DNA of 42,992 nucleotides. Source: a virus (taxonomy: Duplodnaviria; Caudoviricetes). The notes under the pieces are model-generated. The model saw only the letters and a program-made list of their open reading frames with translations, was not told the origin of the DNA and ran no database searches. Numbering within the stretch: position 1 is the stretch's first letter; every line of letters starts with the position of its first letter. The stretch lies in the IMG/VR virus record IMGVR_UViG_3300042264_000081, one strand, 5' to 3'. The translations under genes and the position numbers were made by a program. Below, one piece after another: positions 27,764 through 35,927 of the stretch.

Positions 27764-27922
27764 ATGAACAAATATATGAAACTCGCACTAACCATCGCAG
27801 CATTCTTAGGAGTGCTAACGTTTACGGCTCTCTTTGCACCAAAAGCAATCTTCATCATGCTTATCATGGGAATTGCAATGCTTTGGTATCCTGTTAAAAA
27901 AATGATGAAAGAGGGGGAATGA
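27764..27922 (+). CDS. small membrane protein (52 aa)
   Basis: AAAGGGA RBS; two hydrophobic segments; coupled to the next gene. Confidence 0.65.
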   Translation: MNKYMKLALTIAAFLGVLTFTALFAPKAIFIMLIMGIAMLWYPVKKMMKEGE

Positions 27923-28410
27923 ATATGAAAATTAATGGTCTTGAAATTACGTCAATATCCGCTTCATACCAAGCCGATAAGGAAAATGGATTTTCGTTTA
28001 GCATTGATAACAAAGTCCCGGCTAAACAACGCAATGCATTTATTAATGATGTCGAATTTCTACGCGGAAGAATGCAGGCAAGCAGCAAGGGCAATTGTTT
28101 CGATATGCTAGAGAAATTTATCGAATGCTTTATTCTATATGAAAAAGGTGTAACCACAGACACCACGACACACATAAAAATGGTGACAATGGCAACGGCT
28201 CTTCTGTGGTACATGGTTGATAACGGATACATCACACAAGATGAAAATAATGGTATACAATTTGGCGCTTTGTCTACCAATCCTGAGAACGGCAAGGTAC
28301 GTATTCATGTCATTAGACCAGGAAACCATTCGCCTGCGGAAATTGAACGAGTACAGAATGAGATGGAGACTACCGCATACATGAAGAAATGGTCACGCGA
28401 ATCAAGTTGA
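27919..28410 (+). CDS. hypothetical protein (163 aa)
   Basis: GAGGGGG RBS; long ORF in AT-rich DNA. Confidence 0.75.
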   Translation: MNMKINGLEITSISASYQADKENGFSFSIDNKVPAKQRNAFINDVEFLRGRMQASSKGNCFDMLEKFIECFILYEKGVTTDTTTHIKMVTMATALLWYMVDNGYITQDENNGIQFGALSTNPENGKVRIHVIRPGNHSPAEIERVQNEMETTAYMKKWSRESS

Positions 28411-28438
28411 AACTTACACGTTTTCTACATACCTAACG

Positions 28439-28600
28439 TAAATATAATAACTGATGTTAGCCGGGCATCAAAGTTGGTTGTTTTTTTTGTATAAATACAT
28501 AAATAGGTATAGGAAGGTAGCTCCTTCTGAAATCCCCAATAAAAGAAAAACAAAAACCTTAACGCCCGGCATAGCGTTAGGGTTTTTTCTTTTTAGAGGA
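28439..28600 (+). promoter_or_regulatory. structured leader of the replication gene: three TAAATA boxes and two terminator-like hairpins
   Basis: Boxes at 28439, 28490 (TATAAATA) and 28499; hairpins 28452-28470 and 28552-28587, each with a T-run. Confidence 0.6.
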
Positions 28601-28608
28601 TATGCCAA

Positions 28609-31344
28609 GTGATTGAAGAACTAAAGAACAAGCTAGTTACGAAACCAACCAAGAAATTACGCAAGATCATTAAATCAGGTGAACAAGTACCGTCTGATTT
28701 CTATGAAACGATCTTACATCCGGTCAACCTAGACCCCTCAGAATTCTATTATCCTATAGATTCTCAGTTTTATACAGAAGGCCGCTCTTCATCTAGAGCT
28801 ATCGAAATATCCAAACGCTTTTCAAAATATCCATGGTATCAAGGCGGTTACTCGTATTTCATGAATGCCATAAGACCGGGCGATGAACGCCCAAAGTTCC
28901 GCCACAAGCTATCGCCTTATATTTTCGGTACAGTGGAAATTGATAAGCCATTTATAAACGATTGCTCGATTGAAAGTTTATCCGAGCAACTAGAATGGTG
29001 CACCCCCTACCCTTCCAATCGTCCTATGAACTGCAAACTAGGTGAACTTCACAATTTTCTTTGCCAGTTTTATGATTATCGAGGTTCCGTAGCTGTATGG
29101 TCCGGTAACAAATCCATTCATTATCATTTTATATTTTCCCTTGAACACTTATCGGCAGAACAATCACAGCAAGCCAATAGAAGCAAAGGTAAATTCATAA
29201 CCGAACCAAACGACAGATACCTAGAATCCATTCATATGAAACTATACGCCACACTAGAAGACTACTTCCGTAAATTTGTGAGCATAGGACACACCGTAAC
29301 GTTTGATGATAGAATGAAAGAATATAACCGATGGAGAAGATTACCCTACGGAACCAGAATCTTTGACGGTTACAAAGGTTCTCCAACAGAAAACATATTT
29401 GGTGACAAGAAAGCCGTACAGTTTCCAGTTTGGGAAATGATCCTAGGTAGACAACCCAACTGCCCTAAAGACTTTGAGGAAGAAGAACGTTCATTCTTAT
29501 TGGATCGTGCATTTGTTTATGATGCTATCGAAAACCATACAATTAAAAATCGCACCTACAAGAAAACTAACAAATTAGGCGATGGAGATTTCGAACTTCC
29601 CGACGCGATACTAGATGAATTAACAGAAATTACTTATGCGAAATGGGGAGAATTCCCAAAACCTGCAAGGCTCGTCATAGAAGGCGGATTACTAAAACTG
29701 TACCTATACAGAGATTTAAACGATAAGAACCCATCTGGCGTCATTATTGGCAGCAATAGCAGCGTATACATGGATGGTAAACGATTAGAACATTGTGATT
29801 TGGGTTTCTCTCTTGAGGATTTCGTGTTCTCCCGTATCGATGATGTTAAGGATATCAAACTTAACAAAACAGAATTGATATTCAGAGAAAGCACAAAAGG
29901 CAAATCCAACGATGAAAAACGCCAGATGCAGAACCGCTTACTGCCACGTCTCACAACCAACCGCCTTACCTGCATCATGGGCAATCAAGGCTCAGGCAAG
30001 AGCTACAGCTATATGAAAAATGCCAGAGGATCGAACAGCGGTTTATGGGTTTTCTCTTGTCTCAGTTATGAACAAGCCGAAGCACAATGCGAAACGTTCA
30101 ACCGTATGCATAACGATAAGAAAGGGAAAGTGGTTAAGACATTCAGCCGCTTATATCAGGAACTAGGCGGAGAACTTACACACCTAGACGCAATGACGCA
30201 CGGATATCCTACACTTATTCACCTAGTCAGAGCATGTGAACCGGAAATTTATAACAAATGCTTAGAAAACCGCACACCGATTAGCGCCAACGATTATATT
30301 TTTACCGTTCACCAAGCCGCAATGAACTGGAATGAAAACAGTATCAGTAAGATTTGGCTATCTGATAAGTTTAAAGATGAAATGCTAGATACTCCTGAAT
30401 ATGGAGACATACCTAACACACTTCATATCAGTGCACTTGCTATTGACGAGTTCGCATACTCAGACTTCTATGACGTATTCACATATGATGAAGGCAGGTG
30501 CATTAAATCATTATCGAAACATAAGGAATGGGCAGAAGCTAAATCTACCGCTGAAAAATATGCGTTCTTTTGCTCATACAACAAGTATTACACATATGGC
30601 GTATCATTCGATAAGATACAGAACGTTATCATTCCTCGGAAACAAGAACCTATAACTGTTAAAAAGGATTTCGATAACTTCTCACGTATCAACGATATTA
30701 TGTATAACGAAAAAGATAAAGACGACATTGATATTAGATATTTCGTTGTGCCTAAGCGTTGGTTTCATAAGATGGGAAACACTAAGATTACCCTTCTAAC
30801 TACTGAAATCGCCCCTACTCTCATAGCCGAGAAACTTGGCTTCCATACCTACAAACTTCTACCTGATATGAACCCTACAGTTATACCAATCGTTACATGT
30901 CAGGATATAACCGCAAAGAAAACACATGAACACATGGAACATTATCATTCCATTAATCCTAATATCGTCTTTGTCGGTAACTTCACTAACAATCATGATT
31001 TCATTACTGGATACAGCCACCAGACCGCTAAAGGAATGAACGGATTATCCGGAAACGATATTATTTCTTATTATCACTGGATGAACTACAAACAATATCA
31101 CGTTATGAATGTACTTGGGCAATATCTAGGAATGAACGATATTATCAGACTTCACTATCTCGATAACATGTATCAGGCGATTGGACGCAATCAGGGATTC
31201 AGAAATGAAGGCAAGAAACACGTTATTGTCATGAGATCCGATCTTTATGCGCTACTCAACCCTTGCACATATAACCCATTCGGTTACGCATTGACTCTTA
31301 CAACTGAACGCCAATTAGAAAGCTATATGAAGGAAAATGCCTAG
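28609..31344 (+). CDS. primase-helicase fusion (AEP-like N-terminus, SF2-like helicase C-terminus)
   Basis: VEID and WSGNKSIHYH (AEP motifs I/II); GNQGSGKS Walker A, LAIDE Walker B, QAIGRNQGFR motif VI. Confidence 0.75.
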   Translation: MIEELKNKLVTKPTKKLRKIIKSGEQVPSDFYETILHPVNLDPSEFYYPIDSQFYTEGRSSSRAIEISKRFSKYPWYQGGYSYFMNAIRPGDERPKFRHKLSPYIFGTVEIDKPFINDCSIESLSEQLEWCTPYPSNRPMNCKLGELHNFLCQFYDYRGSVAVWSGNKSIHYHFIFSLEHLSAEQSQQANRSKGKFITEPNDRYLESIHMKLYATLEDYFRKFVSIGHTVTFDDRMKEYNRWRRLPYGTRIFDGYKGSPTENIFGDKKAVQFPVWEMILGRQPNCPKDFEEEERSFLLDRAFVYDAIENHTIKNRTYKKTNKLGDGDFELPDAILDELTEITYAKWGEFPKPARLVIEGGLLKLYLYRDLNDKNPSGVIIGSNSSVYMDGKRLEHCDLGFSLEDFVFSRIDDVKDIKLNKTELIFRESTKGKSNDEKRQMQNRLLPRLTTNRLTCIMGNQGSGKSYSYMKNARGSNSGLWVFSCLSYEQAEAQCETFNRMHNDKKGKVVKTFSRLYQELGGELTHLDAMTHGYPTLIHLVRACEPEIYNKCLENRTPISANDYIFTVHQAAMNWNENSISKIWLSDKFKDEMLDTPEYGDIPNTLHISALAIDEFAYSDFYDVFTYDEGRCIKSLSKHKEWAEAKSTAEKYAFFCSYNKYYTYGVSFDKIQNVIIPRKQEPITVKKDFDNFSRINDIMYNEKDKDDIDIRYFVVPKRWFHKMGNTKITLLTTEIAPTLIAEKLGFHTYKLLPDMNPTVIPIVTCQDITAKKTHEHMEHYHSINPNIVFVGNFTNNHDFITGYSHQTAKGMNGLSGNDIISYYHWMNYKQYHVMNVLGQYLGMNDIIRLHYLDNMYQAIGRNQGFRNEGKKHVIVMRSDLYALLNPCTYNPFGYALTLTTERQLESYMKENA

Positions 31345-31485
31345 GATGTGTTCACATTATGAATTTTGCAGACTTATTCTCGCTCCTATAATAAGTATTA
31401 ATAAGATGCGCTAACAAGTTCGCAAAATCACTCATTCATTCATTTTAGGGGGATAGGGAGGCATTGAATGCAGGATGGGCATTTT

Positions 31486-31824
31486 TCAATCACATGGGAA
31501 TGCATTTGATACTTTAGCCACTATCAAGCTTGGTGCCATGAAGTGCCGCTTCTCTGGTGTTTCTGACAAGAACTTAATAACTATGTCCGCTACCTGTTTC
31601 CTTGTCACGTTATCTGGAAGACAATTCTTAAATTCATTGGCAATTCCATATACGTTCACACTATCGACCACACCTAGAATGTACATGGAACAGGCAACTA
31701 TATCTGTCTCACATACCTGATGAAGCCTGTTGCCGTCAAAGAAATACTTAACCATTTCGTCATTAGCCATAGCAGATGATATAGAAAACAAACCATACAG
31801 ACATATGGCAATCATGTTTCTCAT
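31486..31824 (-). CDS. Rap1a/Tai family immunity-like exported protein
   Basis: Signal peptide; GNRL...C...C..YI.GV.D...CLP..VT..Q...V.KFL...PE.RH..A..L......AFPC pattern. Confidence 0.8.
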   Translation of the reverse strand: MRNMIAICLYGLFSISSAMANDEMVKYFFDGNRLHQVCETDIVACSMYILGVVDSVNVYGIANEFKNCLPDNVTRKQVADIVIKFLSETPEKRHFMAPSLIVAKVSNAFPCD

Positions 31825-32726
31825 AGCTCATTACTCCATACGCAACAAACATAACGCATCAATGAAAACCAACTGAGTAGAATTAAGCAATCGTAATCGT
31901 AATTGGACATTATCAAGTTATATGGAATGATGAAGAATGGCAGAATTCCGCCATTTATGTATGACAATACGTTTATCACATAAGTTATATGAAATGAATG
32001 CATATACACATAATGGGAGAAATGCTTAGTTTTTGGTGATTTATGAGTGAATCTTTTAGTGTCATTTATCTGCATAGTGCCGCAGCCCCCCCGCCCCGTT
32101 CCCTCCCCTATCCGTACAGCGGCGTTCTCTGTAGCTCCCCATTGCCTCACATGCCTAAGCCCAGGCGCACTATCAGTGCCGTTACCCTCGCTCATTCCTG
32201 ACTGTCATGCCTAAGCCCAACCGATACCCATACCCAAGCTCTAACAATATTCCATGATGCATATTGTCGGATATTGTTCATTATGTGAAGTGATTATCAG
32301 TACTCAGGAAGTACCTGTAACTATCCGATTGCCCCTAGTTGGCGAGTACTGACACTCATATGTAATGGCGTGCCTCATTTCGCACATGCACCATGGCTGA
32401 TTACTTGTCATGTCGCGTTGCACGATGTGCCTGCATAGAGCCTCACTGGTGGGCTTTCATGGTGCCTGATGTGTCTCAGTCTGTCACGTCCTGGCGTTGA
32501 TGTGCGGCGATCCCTGCGGGCCACGTGGCTATCAGCGGCGATCATAGCTCATTCATTCCCCCAGGATTCCTAAGCCCCTCCCCTATCCATTTCCCCAGGC
32601 ATCGACCAAGGGGGGGTAGGGTCATTGCACCATATGTGGGGGGTTGGCGAAGGGTGGCCCCCAAAATGTGGGCGCGGCGTGTTCTTTATAGTTCGGAAAA
32701 TTATATGCATACCATTTTCAAATAAC

Positions 32727-32798
32727 CTTTCATGTCTCCATTCATGCAAACTTTCATGTCTCCATTCATGCAAACCTTAATGCAAACTTTCATACACT
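32727..32798. repeat. tandem 12-bp repeat array (six degenerate units; two exact 24-mers)
   Basis: CTTTCATGTCTCCATTCATGCAAA x2, then CCTTAATGCAAA and CTTTCATACACT. Confidence 0.85.
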
Positions 32799-32869
32799 CT
32801 GAATTAAACCCATAATCACAACAATCATCATTCTTAAATACCATCAGTTAATGATGGAGAATAATATGA

Positions 32870-33409
32870 ATGATAGATCCTATTGATGAGGTATTGAGAC
32901 ACGAAGGAGAATATACGGATAATCCCAAAGATAAGGGAAATTGGCTTCGTGGTAAGTTAGTTGGTACAAAGTATGGCATTACGGGAGCTACATTAGCTTC
33001 ATGGTTAGGCAGAAGTGTCACTAAGGATGATGTTAAGAACCTTACAGAAGAAGAAGCTAGAGAGATTTATGAGATACGTTATCTTACTGGCCCTAGGATT
33101 CATACGTTACCTAATCCGCCTCAGACGTTGATTCTTGATATGGCTGTTAATCATGGGCAGAAAACGGCAATCATGATGTTGCAGAGAGTTTTAAACAAGG
33201 CGGGTTTTGGTCCTGTTGATACTGATGGCATCATGGGGCCACAGACAAGGAATGCGACTATTAAGGCTCAATCGGAAATGGGTAATTATTTACAGAATGC
33301 GATTGTTGAAGAGCGTATCAATTTGTACAAAGCGATAGTTAGAAATGATGCCAGTCAAAGAACGTATATTAGAGGATGGTTGAATCGTGCAGAAAGTTTC
33401 AGATTGTAA
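32870..33409 (+). CDS. endolysin, glycoside hydrolase family 108 with PG-binding domain
   Basis: HEGEYTDNPKDKG, TKYGIT, DMAVNHG, DGIMGPQT, GWLNR motifs. Confidence 0.92.
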   Translation: MIDPIDEVLRHEGEYTDNPKDKGNWLRGKLVGTKYGITGATLASWLGRSVTKDDVKNLTEEEAREIYEIRYLTGPRIHTLPNPPQTLILDMAVNHGQKTAIMMLQRVLNKAGFGPVDTDGIMGPQTRNATIKAQSEMGNYLQNAIVEERINLYKAIVRNDASQRTYIRGWLNRAESFRL

Positions 33410-33722
33410 GATTGTTAAGAAATCATGTGAGCGATGTGACTTGTTAAAGTCTATTAATGAATTCGCTTATAATAATACAAGATATGGTGCGGCCGGTTAT
33501 CAGAATATTTGTTCATCGTGTATGATCGTTCTTAGGAAATCTAACCAGACACCTAAAGGACCGCAATTAAGCGATTCTGATATGGATGATATTGCTGTTA
33601 TGCTTGCTACCGGTTACAAACCGAAAGTTATAGCTGGAAAATATTGCGTGCGTATTCAGAGAATTTATGACGAAATGCGAAAGATTACACGAAATTCTAC
33701 TGTTTGCAGTAAATATAAATGA
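33387..33722 (+). CDS. Zn-finger plus HTH protein (no nuclease core seen)
   Basis: CERC...CSSC and C-terminal IAGKYCVRIQRIY helix-turn-helix; start uncertain. Confidence 0.55.
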   Translation: MQKVSDCKIVKKSCERCDLLKSINEFAYNNTRYGAAGYQNICSSCMIVLRKSNQTPKGPQLSDSDMDDIAVMLATGYKPKVIAGKYCVRIQRIYDEMRKITRNSTVCSKYK

Positions 33723-33760
33723 TACGATTTCATACGAAATTGCAATAGGAGAAACGGGAA

Positions 33761-33976
33761 ATGACTAAAACGCTTACAGGATACAGACAGTTAACGGATG
33801 AAGAGATTGATACTATCAATGCTCTTACAGATATCGGCACTATATTACAAGAAATGTTGGATGAATTGAAGGATTGGCCCACTGTTGACCAGCGATGGTT
33901 AGCGATTGCCAGAACTGATTTTCAAAGAGCGTTTATGGAAGTGAATAGAGCTATCAGTTCGCCCTCAAAGTTCTGA
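33761..33976 (+). CDS. acb2: Acb2-like cyclic-nucleotide sponge (anti-CBASS)
   Basis: GYRQLTDEEID..N and RWLAIARTDFQ...M...RAI..P..F match the recalled Acb2 pattern GYRDLSQEEID..N / RWLAIGKTDIQ..MM...RAIAQPDSF. Confidence 0.85.
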   Translation: MTKTLTGYRQLTDEEIDTINALTDIGTILQEMLDELKDWPTVDQRWLAIARTDFQRAFMEVNRAISSPSKF

Positions 33977-34013
33977 GTGCAATCGGAACACAAACAAATT
34001 TTAATAGGAGAAT

Positions 34014-34472
34014 ATGACAATGAATTCCAATGACATAGCACGCCAGTACTTATTGACTAAAAGCGATAAGGTTGGCCAACAGAAACTAGATGCATCATTA
34101 TATGTGTTTCTTGATTCGATGATTAAGATGATTAAGGATTTAGTGCCTTCTTTCAGAGACGTAGTTAGCTTGGATGACTTCTCCGGGTTCATCGGAAAAG
34201 ATACTATATTTGAGGGTACTATTACGGCTCCCGATTCCGACATTATAGGTTGTCTTGACTCTGATTTAGTACAAAACGCCACAGCACATGCATTGACTAA
34301 AGCCATTCTGGAAACATTTGAAGGAACAGGATTTGTTAGGGGCCTTCATCCAGATTTCATTTTGAAGAATTCCAAAGTTGGATTAGGCGTCGCTTACAAA
34401 AAGAATAAGTTAACGTTCATCGTGAAGACGGTTTTTTCCATTGATCCGTTCGAGATTAGTGGAAAGGCTTAA
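34014..34472 (+). CDS. hypothetical protein (152 aa)
   Basis: AGGAGA RBS. Confidence 0.75.
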   Translation: MTMNSNDIARQYLLTKSDKVGQQKLDASLYVFLDSMIKMIKDLVPSFRDVVSLDDFSGFIGKDTIFEGTITAPDSDIIGCLDSDLVQNATAHALTKAILETFEGTGFVRGLHPDFILKNSKVGLGVAYKKNKLTFIVKTVFSIDPFEISGKA

Positions 34473-35006
34473 TGTCATACTTTGATAGAGCATAACACAA
34501 ATAAGTTTTAATAGGAGAATATGAATATGATTTATGATTTGGTAGGACGACAACAGAGACTCACACAGGCTCAAAACTTTATCAGCACGCTAACATCAAC
34601 TCTCGCTTGGAACGGAGAACGTTCTAATTTTCGCTGTCCATCAATTTACGTTGTGCCTGATGAAGATATTAAGGAAAATCCAGAACGCTATTCTGTTGGC
34701 GCATTATACAATTTCATTATCTTGTCCGGTGACTTTTCCCGCATAGTCGAAACGTCATATAGAAAACAAATGGCAATATTGATAGCGGAGGAAATGTCTA
34801 GGGAATTAGGAACAGATTCAAGGATTGCATACGTAAGCCGTCTTATTGGATCGATTAGCCGCGACCTCAGTACATTTCGTGTAGAGTACACACCATGCGT
34901 TTATCATAGACCAACTACATTAGCCGTTCTTTGCTCTGGCGATTGCCTTACGGAAGTTCCACCACAGGCAAGGCATTATGATTAATGTCATACTTTGATA
35001 GAGCAT
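34470..35006 (+). repeat. 24-bp direct repeat flanking one gene cassette
   Basis: TAATGTCATACTTTGATAGAGCAT at ~34470 and ~34983. Confidence 0.85.
34521..34985 (+). CDS. hypothetical protein (154 aa)
   Basis: AGGAGA RBS, leader nearly identical to that of the previous gene. Confidence 0.75.
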   Translation: MNMIYDLVGRQQRLTQAQNFISTLTSTLAWNGERSNFRCPSIYVVPDEDIKENPERYSVGALYNFIILSGDFSRIVETSYRKQMAILIAEEMSRELGTDSRIAYVSRLIGSISRDLSTFRVEYTPCVYHRPTTLAVLCSGDCLTEVPPQARHYD

Positions 35007-35137
35007 CATTCGCTTATGATGATGGGTGTTTATTGATCGTTCACCCAGGTCATCCGCCTATCAAGGTTCATTTGCCTTATGATGGCGAAGAACCGTTTGT
35101 AGAATTTACAGAACCACAATATGAAACAGAACATTAA
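34985..35137 (+). CDS. hypothetical protein (50 aa)
   Basis: Not in track; TAATG coupling; MSYFDRASFAYDDG... Confidence 0.55.
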   Translation: MSYFDRASFAYDDGCLLIVHPGHPPIKVHLPYDGEEPFVEFTEPQYETEH

Positions 35138-35150
35138 GGAGAATTATTAA

Positions 35151-35324
35151 ATGGGCGTAGTAGCAGCAGCAGCAGTAGTAGCCGCAGCGGGGGGAGCGTG
35201 TTCATCAATTTTTTGCTGGCTTCCAATCATGGTGTTTGTAGGGGGTTATATTGCACTTCTCGTCGCAATGTTTCTATATCTCACAATCAAATGGCTTATA
35301 GCCAAAATAACCAAACAAACTTAA
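35151..35324 (+). CDS. small membrane protein (57 aa)
   Basis: Not in track; AAGGAG RBS; hydrophobic. Confidence 0.6.
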   Translation: MGVVAAAAVVAAAGGACSSIFCWLPIMVFVGGYIALLVAMFLYLTIKWLIAKITKQT

Positions 35325-35374
35325 CTTAATAGATTTACCAAATAAAACAGAACATTAAAAGGGAGAACTATAAC

Positions 35375-35458
35375 ATGAACACAGAACTTAAATATTACGA
35401 TTACATTTCAATACCGATGTTCGCATTAGGAATGTTCTTATTATTCACAATCATTTAA
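35375..35458 (+). CDS. micropeptide (27 aa, one hydrophobic helix)
   Basis: GGGAG RBS; MNTELKYYDYISIPMFALGMFLLFTII. Confidence 0.45.
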   Translation: MNTELKYYDYISIPMFALGMFLLFTII

Positions 35459-35473
35459 CAGGAGATATATAAT

Positions 35474-35719
35474 ATGGATTCTTACAATAATACATTGTTA
35501 TGCGGATGGTTTTTAGTTCTATCGGCATTGGTACTTAGCGGATTATTCGGTTCCTTGTTAGGAGCGGTGTTCGCTTTGTCTAGTGTCGGTTTCTCATACT
35601 TTCTTAGCAACTCACAAGCAACCGGCTTCCTAGAAGAATATCAGGCTGAATTCTCATATGGAATGATTGCCTGTACCGCGTTCGCTCATATCGCTTGGGT
35701 GTTTGCCGCGATCATGTAA
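35474..35719 (+). CDS. membrane protein, holin candidate
   Basis: AGGAG RBS; 2-3 hydrophobic segments; downstream of the endolysin in the same gene cluster. Confidence 0.55.
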   Translation: MDSYNNTLLCGWFLVLSALVLSGLFGSLLGAVFALSSVGFSYFLSNSQATGFLEEYQAEFSYGMIACTAFAHIAWVFAAIM

Positions 35720-35744
35720 CGCATTTCATCATATCGAGTATCAG

Positions 35745-35769
35745 AGGGAGGCTTAGGCTTCCCTTTTTT
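35745..35769 (+). terminator. intrinsic terminator
   Basis: GGGAGGC-TTAG-GCTTCCC plus T-run. Confidence 0.75.
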
Positions 35770-35927
35770 ATTGTCAGAAATCACGTTTTGCAAAATCACA
35801 TAAATAGCTTTGTACAACTGAAAGCCTTGAAAAGTTCTGGATACCTGCATAGCAGCCCGGCAACGAATTGTAGAGAACACCTTGACGTTGGAAAAACCAA
35901 ATTTCAATTTCATGGAGAATATAATGA

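Noticed and set aside
31821-32773. Track ORFs 31821..32195, 32525..32725 and 32570..32773
   Set aside because: No convincing RBS, atypical composition, and partly translations of DNA repeats
32727-32798. CRISPR array
   Set aside because: Repeats are contiguous with no spacers, and no cas genes are present
34470-35006. Integron attC cassettes or mini-CRISPR
   Set aside because: Direct repeats lack the attC inverted structure and GTTRRRY ends; the spacing is a whole gene
35156-35190. GCA/GTA triplet run as a contingency locus
   Set aside because: Short, in-frame, and simply encodes a Val/Ala stretch
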